Origin: Squalus acanthias
Lineage: Eukaryota
Direction of reading: 5' to 3'
DNA length: 20,000 nt
Assembly: GCA_030390025.1 (NCBI GenBank)
Contig: JASTWF010000351.1
Coordinates: forward strand, 483,344-503,343
Shown here: positions 1 through 10,034 of the stretch, piece after piece
Numbering within the stretch: the first letter of the stretch is position 1
Layout of the letters: each line of letters starts with the position of its first letter
Program-made: the position numbers and the translations under genes
The notes under the pieces: generated by a model
What the model was told of the DNA's origin: nothing
Seen by the model: the letters and a program-made list of their open reading frames with translations, nothing else
Database searches by the model: none

Positions 1-1565
1 TCCCATCAATTTTCCCAATACCTTTGCCCGACTAATAAGGATTTCCCTCAGCTCCTCCCTCTTACCAGATCCTCTGACCCCTTTTATTTCCGGCAGGTTG
101 TGTGTGTCCTCCACAGTAAACACCGAACCAAAGTACTTGTTCAATTGATCTGCCATTTCCTTGTTCCCCATTACGACTTCCCCTGTTTCCGACTGCAGGG
201 GACCTACGTTTGTTTTTACTAACCTCTTTCTTTTTACATATTTATAGAAGCTTTTGCTGTCCATTTTAATGTTCTCTGCAAGCTTCCTTTCATATTTTAT
301 TTTCCCTGCCCTAATCAAATCCTCCTCTGCTGAGTTTTGAAGTTCTCCCAGTCCCCGGGTTTGCTGCTACTTCTGGCCAATTTGTATGCAACTTCCTTGG
401 TTTTAATACTATCCCTGATTTCCCTTGTTAGCCATGGTTGAGCCACCTTCCCTTTTTTATTTTTACGCCAGACCGGGATGTACAATTGTTGTAGTTCATC
501 CATGCGATCTCTAAATGTCTGCCATTGCCCTTCCACTGATAGCCCCTTAAATATCGTTTGCCAATTTAACCTCGCCAATTCACGCCTCATACCCTCAAAG
601 TTGCCCTTATTTAAGTTCTGGACCATGGTCTCTGAATTAACTGTTTCCTTCTCTATCCTAATGTAGAACTCCACCATACTATGGTCACTCTTCCCCAGGG
701 GGCCTCGTACCACAAGATTGCTGATTAGTCCTTCCTCATTACACAACACCCAGTCCAGGATGGCCTCCCCTCGAGTTGGTTCCTCAACATATTGGTTTAG
801 GAAACCATCCCTTAAACACTCCAGGAAATCCTCCTCCACTGTATTGCTTCCAGTTTGAGTAAAGTCACCCATGATAACTGCCGTGCCTTTTTTGCACGCA
901 CCTCTGATTTCCTGTTTCATACCCTCCCCCACCTCACTACTGCTGTTTGGAGGTCTGTACACAACTCCCACTAACGTTTTCTGCCCTTTGGTGTTCTGCA
1001 GCTCAACCCATATTGATTCCACATCCTCCAAGCTGATGTCCTTCCTAGCTATTGCATTAATCGCCTCTTTAACCAGCAATGTTACCCCACCCCCTTTTCC
1101 TTTTATTCTATCCTTTCTGAATGTTGAATACCCCTGGATGTTCAGTTCCCAGCCTTGATTGTTCTGGAGCCACGTCTCTGTAATCCCAATCACATCGTAT
1201 CCGTTAACATCTATTTGCACAGTCAATTCATCCACCTTATTACGGATACTCCTTGCATTAAGACACAGAGCCTTTAGGCTTGTTTTATTAACATCCTTTG
1301 TCCTTTTAGACTTATGATTTAGTATGGCCCTTTGTGTTTCTTGCCTTTGTTTACTCGGCCTTCCCCTATTGTTTCTCACCCTTCTAACATTTGTTTCTGA
1401 CTGCATATTACTTCCCCCTGTTTCGCTACATAGGTTCCCATTCCCCTGCCATATTAGTTTAAATCTTCCCGAACTGCTTTAGCAAATATTACCCCAAGGA
1501 CATCGGTTCCAGTCCTGCCCAAGTGCAGACCGTCCCTTTTGTACAGGTCCCACTTGCCCCAGAAC
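1..1565 (-). mobile_element. CR1-clade LINE fragment A: ORF1 C-terminus (~1454-1565) followed by ORF2 APE endonuclease and linker (continues off the window start)
   Basis: ORF 315-1406 carries APE motifs CLNARSIRNK, IGITETW, RKDR..GKGGGV, GVVYRPP, PTRGEAILDWVL and LGKSDH. After a small deletion near 315 the linker continues (KSFYKYVKRKR..VGPL, QLNKYFGSVFT). 1454-1565 reads FWGKWDLYKRDGLHL..VREDLN*, typical of the CR1 ORF1 esterase-like C-terminus. The GDFN motif is damaged (GDFTQ). Confidence 0.92.
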
Positions 1566-2244
1566 TCATATTCTATTTCCCCCCTCTTAATTAATCCCTT
1601 TGTCCTCCTTTGCTGAATCCTAAACTGCTCCCAATCCTCAGGTTTGCTGCTTTTTCTGGCCAATTTATATGTCCTCTCCTCGGATCTTATGCAATCCCTA
1701 ATTTCCCTTGTTAGACATGGTTGAGTCACCTTTTTCGTTTTATTTTTATGCCAAACAGGGATGAACAAATTCTGTAGTTCATCCATGCGATCTTTAAATG
1801 TTTGCCATTGCATATCCACCATCAACCCATTAAGTAACGCTCCCCAATCCACCCTAGCCAACTCGCGCCTCATACCATCGTAGTTTCCTTTATTTAAATT
1901 CAGGCCCTAGTCTCTGAGTCAATTACTTCACTCTCCATCTTAATGAAGAATTCTATCATATTATGATCGCTCCTCCCCAAGGGGACTCGCACAACAAGAT
2001 TGCTAATTAATCCTTTCTCATTACATAATACCCAGTCTAAGATGGCCTGATCTCTAGTTGGTTCCTCGACATATTCGTTCAGGAAACCATCCCGTATACA
2101 CTCTAGGAATTCCTCCTCCACAGTATTGTTACTAATTTGGTTAGCCCAATCTATATGTAGATTAAAGTCACCCATGATAACTGCTGTGCCCTTATTGCAC
2201 GCATCTCTAATTTCCCGTTTAATGCCATCCCAACCTCAGCATTA
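1566..2244 (-). mobile_element. CR1-clade LINE fragment B: second ORF2 endonuclease/linker fragment
   Basis: MGDFNLHIDWANQ..FLECIRDGFL..EEPTRDQAILDWVLCNE..LGRSDHN (1900-2175) and MRRELARVDW..WQTFKDRMDELQ..LTREIRD (1566-1873); clearly paralogous to 315-880 and interrupted by a stop near 1900. Confidence 0.9.
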
Positions 2245-2727
2245 CTATAGCCTATCAAAATCCATCATTATCTTGTACACCTCCATCAAATCACCCCTCA
2301 ACCTCCTTTGCTCTAATGAAAACAAATCCAGCTTCTCCAACCTGTCCTTGTAGCTAAGATCCCTCATCCCCGGGACCATTCTGGTAAATCTCCTCTGCAG
2401 TCTCGCAAGTGCCTTCACATCCTTTCTAATGTGCGGTGACCAGAACTTGACGCAATACCCCAGTTGTGGCCTAACTGGCGCTTTATAAAGGTTCAGCATA
2501 ACTTCTCTACTTTTGTACTCAATAGCTCTATTTATGAAGCCCAAGATCCCATATGCTTTGCTAACCACTCTCTCAAAATGTCCCCCCAGCTCAGGGACAT
2601 ATGCACATTAACACCCAGTTCCCTCTGTCCCTGCACACTCTTTAAAACTGTGCCATTAAGTGTATATTGCCTCTCCCTGTTCTTGCTGCCAAAATTCATC
2701 ACCTCACACTTCTCTGTATTAAATTTT
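2245..2727 (-). mobile_element. CR1-clade LINE fragment C: RT C-terminal region, frameshifted
   Basis: KFNTEKCEVMNFG..YTLNG..RELGV (2532-2741) and KAYGILGFINRAIEYKSREVMLNLYKAPVRPQLGYCVKFWSP..QRRFTRM..SLEQRRLRGDLMEVYKI (2245-2568). Confidence 0.92.
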
Positions 2728-2730
2728 TCA

Positions 2731-3860
2731 GATTCTGGCATGTGAGTGTGGATTTTATTCTGTATCTGTCAGTCTTTGTTGTGTGAGTGTGGCTTTATTC
2801 TGTATCTTTCAGTATCTGCTAAGTGAGTGGTGTTTTCATTTGTATCGTTCAGTGTCTGCTATGTGAGTGGGATTTTGTTCTGTATCTGTCAGTTTCGGTT
2901 ATGAAATGTGGGTTTTAATCAGTCCCTGCCAGTTTCTGGTATGTGAGAGTGGGTTTATCTCTGTATGTGTCAGTTTATGATATGTGAGTGTGTGTTTCCT
3001 TCGGTAAATCTTAGCTTCTTCTATGTAAGTATGGGTTTTACTCTCTCTCTTAGTCTCTGGCATGCGAGTGTGGTTTTTAATGTCTATCTCTTAATCTCTG
3101 GTATGTGATTGTGGATTTTACCCTGTACCTGTGAGTTTCTGGTGTGCGAGTATGGATTTCACTCTGTACCTGTCAGTCTCTGGTATGTGAGTGTGGTTTT
3201 CCTCTGTATCATTCATGCTCTGGGATGTGAATACTACAACTTTCATTTCCTCGTATTTGAGTGGGATTTTATACGGTACCTATCAGTTTCTGGTGTGTGA
3301 GCCCTGGTTTTGCACTGCATCTGTCAATTTCAGTTATGTGAGAGTGGGTTTTAATCAGTACCTCTCAGTTTCTGGTATGTGAGTGTTTGTTTGACACTGT
3401 ATCTGTCAGTGTCTTTTATGTGAGAATTGATTTCACTCTATAGTTGCCACTCTCTGGGATGGGAGTGCGAGTTTGACTCTGTATCTGTCAGTTTCTGATT
3501 TGTGTGTTTGGGATTTTTTTCTGCACCTGTCAGTTTCAAGTACGTGAATGTGGGTTTCATTCTGTATCTATCAGTTTCTCGTATGGAAGAGCTTTTAAAC
3601 GTTTACACCTGCCTGTCTTTGCTATGTGAGTATGGGTTTTACTCTGTATCTGTCATTTTCTAATATGTGAATGTGTATTTTATTCAGTACCTGACAGTTT
3701 CTGGTATTTGTGAGTGAGTGTTACTCTCTAACTGTCAGGTTCCAATATGTGATTGTGTGTTTTAATAAGTACCTGCCAGTTTCTTGTACAGAAGTGTTGA
3801 TTTTAGTCATATCTGCCTGTCTTTGTTATGTGAGTATATGTTTTACTCTGTATCTGCCAG
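2731..3860 (+). repeat. Satellite array 1, ~41 bp unit (consensus ~TGTGAGTGTGGGTTTTACTCTGTACCTGTCAGTTTCTGGTA), diverged
   Basis: TGTGAGTG..CTGTA(C/T)CTGTCAGT(T/C)TCTGG recurs about every 41 bp and degenerates toward ~4000. Confidence 0.92.
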
Positions 3861-3877
3861 GTAGTCATTCTGAGCTA

Positions 3878-5096
3878 CCGTAAGTGACTGTGATTCTATC
3901 TCAATCTGTCATTCACTGTCTGAATGTATGACTCACTCTGTGTCTCTCAGTCTCTGGTACAGTTTGTGAGTGTGGGATTGATTATGCATCTGTTACACTG
4001 GTAATGTGAGTGAGTGGGAGATTCATTATGTAATTGACCGTCTCTTGTACTGTACTATTCTTGCTCTGTGTGAATGTTGGATTCTGTTCCTTCTCCACCT
4101 TGTGTAGGCCAATGCTAATATGAAATTATCTGTGACTGTCTCAGGAGGAGGTTTGCTTTAGTCTGTTACCTCCCATTCTCTAGTCTTGTATTTCAGTTGT
4201 TGGGTTTGATAGTCCGTGTACAGTCAGCAGTGTGGATTGACAGCGGATCAGTGTCTATGTGTTTGAGAGTAAGGGAATGAAAATGGTTCTGCCTGTCAGT
4301 GCAATATGTTTGGACTTTGAAAGAACATCTTATTCTGCTGCTCCAAGTGACTGTGGGATTCATAATGTAACTCTGGGTCACTGTGGGACTGACTGCTTCT
4401 GCTGCCTGTGATAATAAGATTGAGGCCAGTTCTGTGTCTCTGCGCTCTGTGAGTGATAATGTACTTACTGTGTGTGAGAAGGAGCTGCCTGCACTGTTCC
4501 TTGTGTTCCAGGTGGAGAAAAGATCACCTTCATTTTGGCTCGTTGAAGTATTTTGCCATGAGAATAATAATATGAGAACAGAATTAGTTATTAGATATGG
4601 ACAGGTGCCGGTAGAATATAAAAATAAAGTTATAATTAATGTGTTTGTTTGTAATAAAGTTAAGTATCTGGAAAGAGAAAACTGTGATACAAACAGTGTC
4701 ATAGTCTGACCTCACTGCAGTACAGCGGCACTCAGATTCTCCACACCAGGTGGGTAGGACGGTTCTATAGTAAGTTATCAGCATCCAGACACAACCCAAA
4801 TCCAGCACTGGACCATGAATGGGTCAACCGATTGGCACAGTCCAGGTTTATATCTCCCATTACCATTGGACTACCTGTAAATATCTGAATCGTTTCATGG
4901 AATATAACAACTGGTTCCTGGGCTGTACACCATTGTTTTCAATCTGTTGAAACTAAGTTGAGGGCCTGTGTAGTTAACAGAATGTCCGGATCCTGATGGA
5001 TCCGAGGGAGTGACAATGTATCTCCTTAAACACGGTTCTGGAGAACTGAACGCACCCAAACAAAATAACCAATTTTTGAAACGTGTTCTTTCACAA
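3878..5096. repeat. Paralogous block, copy 1
   Basis: Aligns by eye with 6498-6859 + 7357-8262 and 13415-14075, e.g. shared GTGAGTGATAATGTACTTACTGTGTGTGAGA and CGGCACTCAGATTCTCCACACCAGGTG. Confidence 0.9.
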
Positions 5097-5355
5097 GCCT
5101 CTCTATTCTCTGAATTAATGAATTCTGTCACTTCAATACTGTCATCAGGAGATCTGCAGAAAACTTCCATTTCCATTTGTAGTCCTCTCTTGTCCTCAAT
5201 TCTAACCATGGATTCTTCATTGATTGCTTTCCCTTACTTATATCTTCTCTGACTAAGTCTTTAATGTTATATTTTTTCAATAAGGGGAACCCCTCCTCCG
5301 CTTCCAGTTGCCCTGTCCTTTCTAAAGTCTTTCTAACCTGGAATATTAAACACTC
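5090..5355 (-). mobile_element. Old degenerate CR1 endonuclease fragment
   Basis: Frameshifted translation FNIPG..FRKDRATGSGGGV..LVREDIS..WLEL..VFCRSPDDSIEV..REAC parallels LNIQG..FRKDRIKGKGGGV..RKDIS..WVEL..VYRPPNSSSEV..RGAC of fragment A. Confidence 0.75.
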
Positions 5356-5361
5356 AATCAT

Positions 5362-5644
5362 GACATGACCGAGGGGCCATAGATTTATAGTAATTGGTAG
5401 AAGGATTCGCGGGGACTTGAGGAGAATTGTTATCACCCAGAACATGGTGGGGGTCTGGAATGCACTGCCTGAAATGTTGGTAGATGCAGAAAACCTCAGC
5501 ATGTTAAAAAGTACTTGGATATGCACTTGAAGTGCTGTAACCTGCAAGGCTACGGACCTAAAGCTAGAAAGTTGGATTAGGCGGGATAGCACTTTTCGGG
5601 CCGAAAGGCCTCCTTCTGTGCCATACAGTTCTATGATTCAATGA
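5362..5644 (+). mobile_element. 5'-truncated CR1 3' end (RT tail plus 3' UTR)
   Basis: Similar to 7060-7357 (GGGGGTCTGGAA..ACTGCCTGAAA, AAAAAGTACTTGGAT.TGCACTTG, GGCCTCCTT) and ends in TTCTATGATTC, the CR1-type 8-bp terminal repeat. Confidence 0.88.
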
Positions 5645-6480
5645 TCTGGTATGAAAGTGAGGGCTTTGTTCTGAAACTGTTAGTATCTGGTACGTGAGTG
5701 TGGGCTTAATTCTTTAGCTGTGTTGTCTGATATATGAGTTTGGATTTTACTCTTTACCAGTCAATTCCTGATATATGATTATTTGTTTTCCTTTCTACCT
5801 GTCAATTTCTGCTATGGAAGAGAGGGGTTACTCTGAATCTGTAAGATTCTGTTATTTGAGCTTCATCTGTCTGTATCTGCGATGTGAGATTTGTTTCTTG
5901 CCCTACATTATCTTTCTGTTAGCCAAATGTGGGTTTTATTATGTGCCTTTCAGCTTCTAGTATGTGTGTGCGAGTTTCAATCTGTATCTGTCTGTCAATT
6001 GGATGTGAGTGTGCTTTTTTTCTTTTTAACTGTCAGTGTCTGATATGTGAGTATGGAATTAATTCTGTATCTGTTTGTTTCTGGTATGTGCAGGTGGGTT
6101 GTAGTATGTACCTGCCAGTTTCTGTTATGTGAGTGAGGATTTTAATCAGTACCTACCAGTTTCTGGTATGTGAGTGTGTGTTTTACTTTATAGATGTCTG
6201 TCTCTGGGATGCGATTGTGGGTTTTAAACTGTATCTGTCAATCTCTGGGCTGTGATTAGGGCTTTGCTCTTTGCCTGACAGTTTCTGGGATGTGACCATG
6301 GGTTTGCTTCTGTACCTGTCAGTTTCTGGTATGCTGGTTGGATTTTAGTATTTCACTGTCAGTCTCTGCGATGTGAGTTTGGGCTTTTTCCATACCTGTC
6401 AGTCTCTGACAAATACAGAGTAAAGCCCATACTCATATCTCAGTTACTGATGTGTGAGTGTTGATGTTACTCTGTACCTG
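5645..6480 (+). repeat. Satellite array 2, ~41 bp unit
   Basis: Same unit as array 1; contains one inverted monomer at 6406-6443. Confidence 0.9.
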
Positions 6481-6497
6481 TCGTGTCAGTCTCAGGT

Positions 6498-8783
6498 ACT
6501 GTAAGTGATTGTGATTCTTCTCAATCTATTATTCTCTGTGTCTCTCGGTCTCTGGTACTGATTGTGATTGTGGGTTTAATTCTGTAGCTTGTAAGTTTCT
6601 GCTACTTCTTGCGAGTGTGGGATTGATTATGTATCTGTTAGATTTGGAATGTATGTCAGTGGAATATTCATTATGTCATTGACAGTCTCTTGTACTATAC
6701 TATTCTTGCTCTTTCTGACTGTTGTATTCCATTCCTTCTCCACATTGTGTAGGCCAATGCTAGTTTGAGATTATCTGTGACTGTCTCAGGAGGAGGTTTG
6801 GTTCAGTCCATTACCTCCGACTCTCTTGTCTTGTATGGTAGTTGTTGGGTTTGATAGTCATTGCACTAGAGAGGGTACAGAGGAGATTTACAAGGATGTT
6901 GCCGGGAGTCGAGAAGCTTTGCTATGAGGAAAGACTGGGTAGGCTGTGTCTGTTTTCTTTGTACCAGAGGAGTCTGAGGGGAGACCTTATTGAGGTCTAT
7001 AAAATTATGGGGGGCATAAAGTGGATAGAAAGAACCTATTTCCCTTAGCAGAAAGGTCAAAAACCAGGGGGCACAGATTTAAAGTAATTGGGGGAAGGTT
7101 AAGAGGAGATTTGAGGGGAAATTTCTTCACCCAGAGCACTGTGGGGGTCTGGAACTCACTGCCTGAAAGGGTGGTAGAGGCAGGAACCCTAACCACATTT
7201 AAAAAGTACTTGGATGTGCACTTGGGATGCTCTAACCTGCAGGTCTACGGACCAAGAGCTGGGAAGTGGGATTAGGCTGGATAGCTCTTTGTTGGCCGGC
7301 GCGGACACGATGTGCCGAAATGGCCTCCTTCCATGCTGTAAATTTCTATGATTCTATACAGCCAGCAGCAGGCATTGACTCCATATCAGTGTCTATCTGT
7401 TCGTGTGTGTGAGTGAGGGAGTGAAAGTGGATCTGCCTGTCAGTGCCATATGTTTGGACATTGAAACAACATTTATTCTACTGCTGCAAGTGACTGTGGG
7501 ATTTATAATGTAACTCCGGGAATTCGGATCACTGTGAGACTGACTGCTTCTGCTACCTCTGATAATAGGATTGAGGACAGTTCTGAGTCTCTGCGCTCTG
7601 TGAGTGATAATGTACTTACTGTGTGTGAGAGGGAGCTGCCTGCACTGTTCCTTGTGTTCCGGGTGGAGGAAAAATTGCGTTTATTCTGGCTCGTTGAAGT
7701 ATTTTGCTACGAGAATAATAAGAGAACAATATTCGTCATAATATATGGGCAGGTGCCGGTGGAATATAAAAATAAAGTTAGAATTAACATGTATGTTTAT
7801 AATAAATTAAAATATCTGGAGACGGGCAAACGCGATACAAACAGTTACATAGTCTGACCTCACTGCAGTACAACGGCACTCAGATTCTCCACACCAGGTG
7901 TGTAGGACGGTTCTATATCAAGTTATCAGCATCAAGACAAAACCCAAACCCAGCACTGGACCATGAATGGAACCACCCGATTGGCACAGTCCAGGTTTAT
8001 ATCTCCCACTCCCATGGGAATAAATATAAAATTTTGGCTCGCTTCTTGGAATATAACCACAGGCAAATGGTCTGTACAAACAATTGTTTTCAGTCTATTG
8101 AAAGCGAGTTGAGGGCCTGTGTAGTTAACAGACTGTCACAGAACTCGGATCCTGATGTATCTGGAGGAGCGACAATGTATCTCTCGATCACCAGCAACAC
8201 GGTTCTGGAGAACACAACGCACCGAAACAAAATAGCCGATTTTTAAAATGTGTTATTTCACACTTTTCTCCTGCTGCCTGCAATAGATGCATTTTGTGAA
8301 ACTGCTCACATCCTCACAGTCAGGCTGTGTTTCCACTGTTCACTGTCCTAGAACAACAAACACGGTGAGACTGGAACCGATTCAGGAGCATTCACTACTG
8401 ATTTGGGGGACGAAAGCAGCAATGATTTGAAAGAGCGAGGTGATTTACTTTCTATGTTATCTAACACTGTACAAACACAGCCAGAGAATGGCCTCCCCCT
8501 TCCCCCACTCAATCCATGCTCCGGAACCAGTTCCTGCTCCACTGAGGCTCTTTCAAACAGTCCCCGGCTGCCGCTGAACTTACGCCGACTCAATGCCCAT
8601 CTGTGGAGACAAACCCAGTGCGATTTGCTGATTAATCGGGCCCGTGATATTTCCGCTCCCCGATGTGTACAACGATCATCAGCCGAGCACAGAGGAAACG
8701 GCACCCGCTGGCAGAGCTGGGGGAGGAGAGCAGATTGGGCCCTTCCTGTCGGTTGAACACTGTGCGGGGAAAGGGGGAGGAGC
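6498..8783. repeat. Paralogous block, copy 2 (interrupted by CR1 at 6860-7357; extended GC-richer part 8483-8783)
   Basis: 6498-6859 matches 3878-4214; 7357-8262 matches 4219-5096; 8483-8783 matches 14156-14481. Confidence 0.9.
6860..7357 (+). mobile_element. 5'-truncated CR1 insertion (RT C-terminus plus 3' UTR)
   Basis: ALERVQRRFTRMLPG..YEERLGRL..LRGDLIEVYKI, then TRGHRFKV..FFTQ..WNSLPERVVEA..FKKYLD; ends ATTTCTATGATTCTAT. Absent at the paralogous site 4214/4219. Confidence 0.95.
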
Positions 8784-8973
8784 TGAAGCGTGAAAGCTGG
8801 AGGCGGAGCTGAAGCTCAGAGGACGCTGTCTCTGCTCTGTCTGTCACTCTGATTCTGTCTCTTCCCAACCTCTCTCACACTCTGCCTTTCTCAAACAGAT
8901 CCGGGCTGGCTTCATAAATTCAACTGGACGGCGAGAGTTTATCCTTCAGTTTATATTCCTGTGAGGAATCGTC

Positions 8974-9081
8974 ATGTCTGGAAGAGTTAAAGGACGCAAA
9001 GGACTGGGAAAAGGCGGAGCAAAGCGCCACCGTAAAGTGCTTAGTGACAACATCCAGGGCACCAAACAAAGGCTCTTCTAA
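8974..9081 (+). pseudogene. H4: Internally deleted histone H4 (N-terminal tail only; 35-aa ORF)
   Basis: ATG at 8974 gives [35 protein letters not shown], versus H4 [29 protein letters not shown]. It is joined directly to a histone 3' stem-loop. Confidence 0.93.
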
Positions 9082-9086
9082 GAGCC
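9071..9086 (+). terminator. Histone 3' stem-loop of the H4 remnant
   Basis: CAAA-GGCTCT-TCTA-AGAGCC-ACCCA, followed by a purine-rich HDE-like GGGAGAGCAG at ~9102-9111. Confidence 0.92.
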
Positions 9087-9779
9087 ACCCACCGCCTCAG
9101 AGGGAGAGCAGCGACCTTGGACCGGGAGCGGGGATATATTGGGATTGGGAATAGCTTCAGATTTATAATGATTATGGGGTACAAATGTCTCTTTGGCCCG
9201 GAACCTGTATTCTCCCCTCACGGTGAAAAGCTCTTTTAGTCTTCCTGGGTGTCCATCCGCTCAGTGTTCTGTTTTCATTCAGCTTTTCTATATCAGACAG
9301 ATGGTGTGACGGGGAACCGGAGCTTTTCACGTCACAATAGGTTAAGCCGAGCTGCTGTGACAAGAGGCCAATTTGTGAGATTATTCTCCTTCTGAAGTTT
9401 GCTTCCTGCACAGATACTGTCGGTGATTGTGAAATTCAAGGGTTTCAGTAAAGTCATTGGATGGACTGTAATGTTCTAACTGTCGGAGCCTGAGACTACT
9501 TCGGATTGGTCGCTTGATTGGAATCCCATTTCCTTAACAGAACTAACTCTTGGCCTCAATTGAACAATTTTTAAACCAAGTTTGAAACATTCCACCAAAT
9601 TCAAATTAAGAAAGTGATGTATTTATAATGATTAAATTCGACAGTGACAGACATTAAAATGGGGCAGTTTCACAAATGTTTTGATAATTTCCTCACAGAT
9701 TGATAGGACGTTAGCTGGAATGAATAAACTGACGAAATCAGTGCATTAAACTGGCGGCTCCTTCAGAGAGGCTGTGGGT

Positions 9780-9795
9780 GGCTCTTAAAAGAGCC
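9780..9795 (-). terminator. Histone 3' stem-loop of the H2B remnant
   Basis: Minus strand AAC-GGCTCT-TTTA-AGAGCC-ACCCA, with HDE-like GAAGGAGCCG at 9755-9764. Confidence 0.92.
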
Positions 9796-9834
9796 GTTGT
9801 GTGTTCTCTGTATTTGTCAGTAAATTCTGGTGTT

Positions 9835-9911
9835 TTACTTGGAGCTGGCATACTAGGTCACCCCGTGCTTGGCCAGCTCCCCGACACCACCAGGCTCACG
9901 GCGGTCTGGAT
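9835..9911 (-). pseudogene. H2B: Histone H2B C-terminal remnant
   Basis: Minus strand reads IQTAVSLVV/(frameshift)GELAKH[deletion]GVT*YASSK*, versus H2B [32 protein letters not shown]; a stem-loop follows. Confidence 0.9.
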
Positions 9912-10034
9912 GTGTGTACATTATCCGCACACTCCAAACTATTAGAGGTTGGTGCCATCTCTTGGCTGAAAGCGAGTGCTTCAACAAGTGACAATCATTC
10001 AGCAAAAAACATTTTAAATTCGGCAGAGATCCCT

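Noticed and set aside
4383..4709. Plus-strand 108/107-aa ORF shared by copies 1 and 2 (7534-7857)
   Set aside because: GTG start, many amino-acid-changing differences, two stops in copy 3, and no recognisable domain.
9729..9740. CTGACGA as a second hammerhead core
   Set aside because: No stem II and no correctly spaced GAAA.
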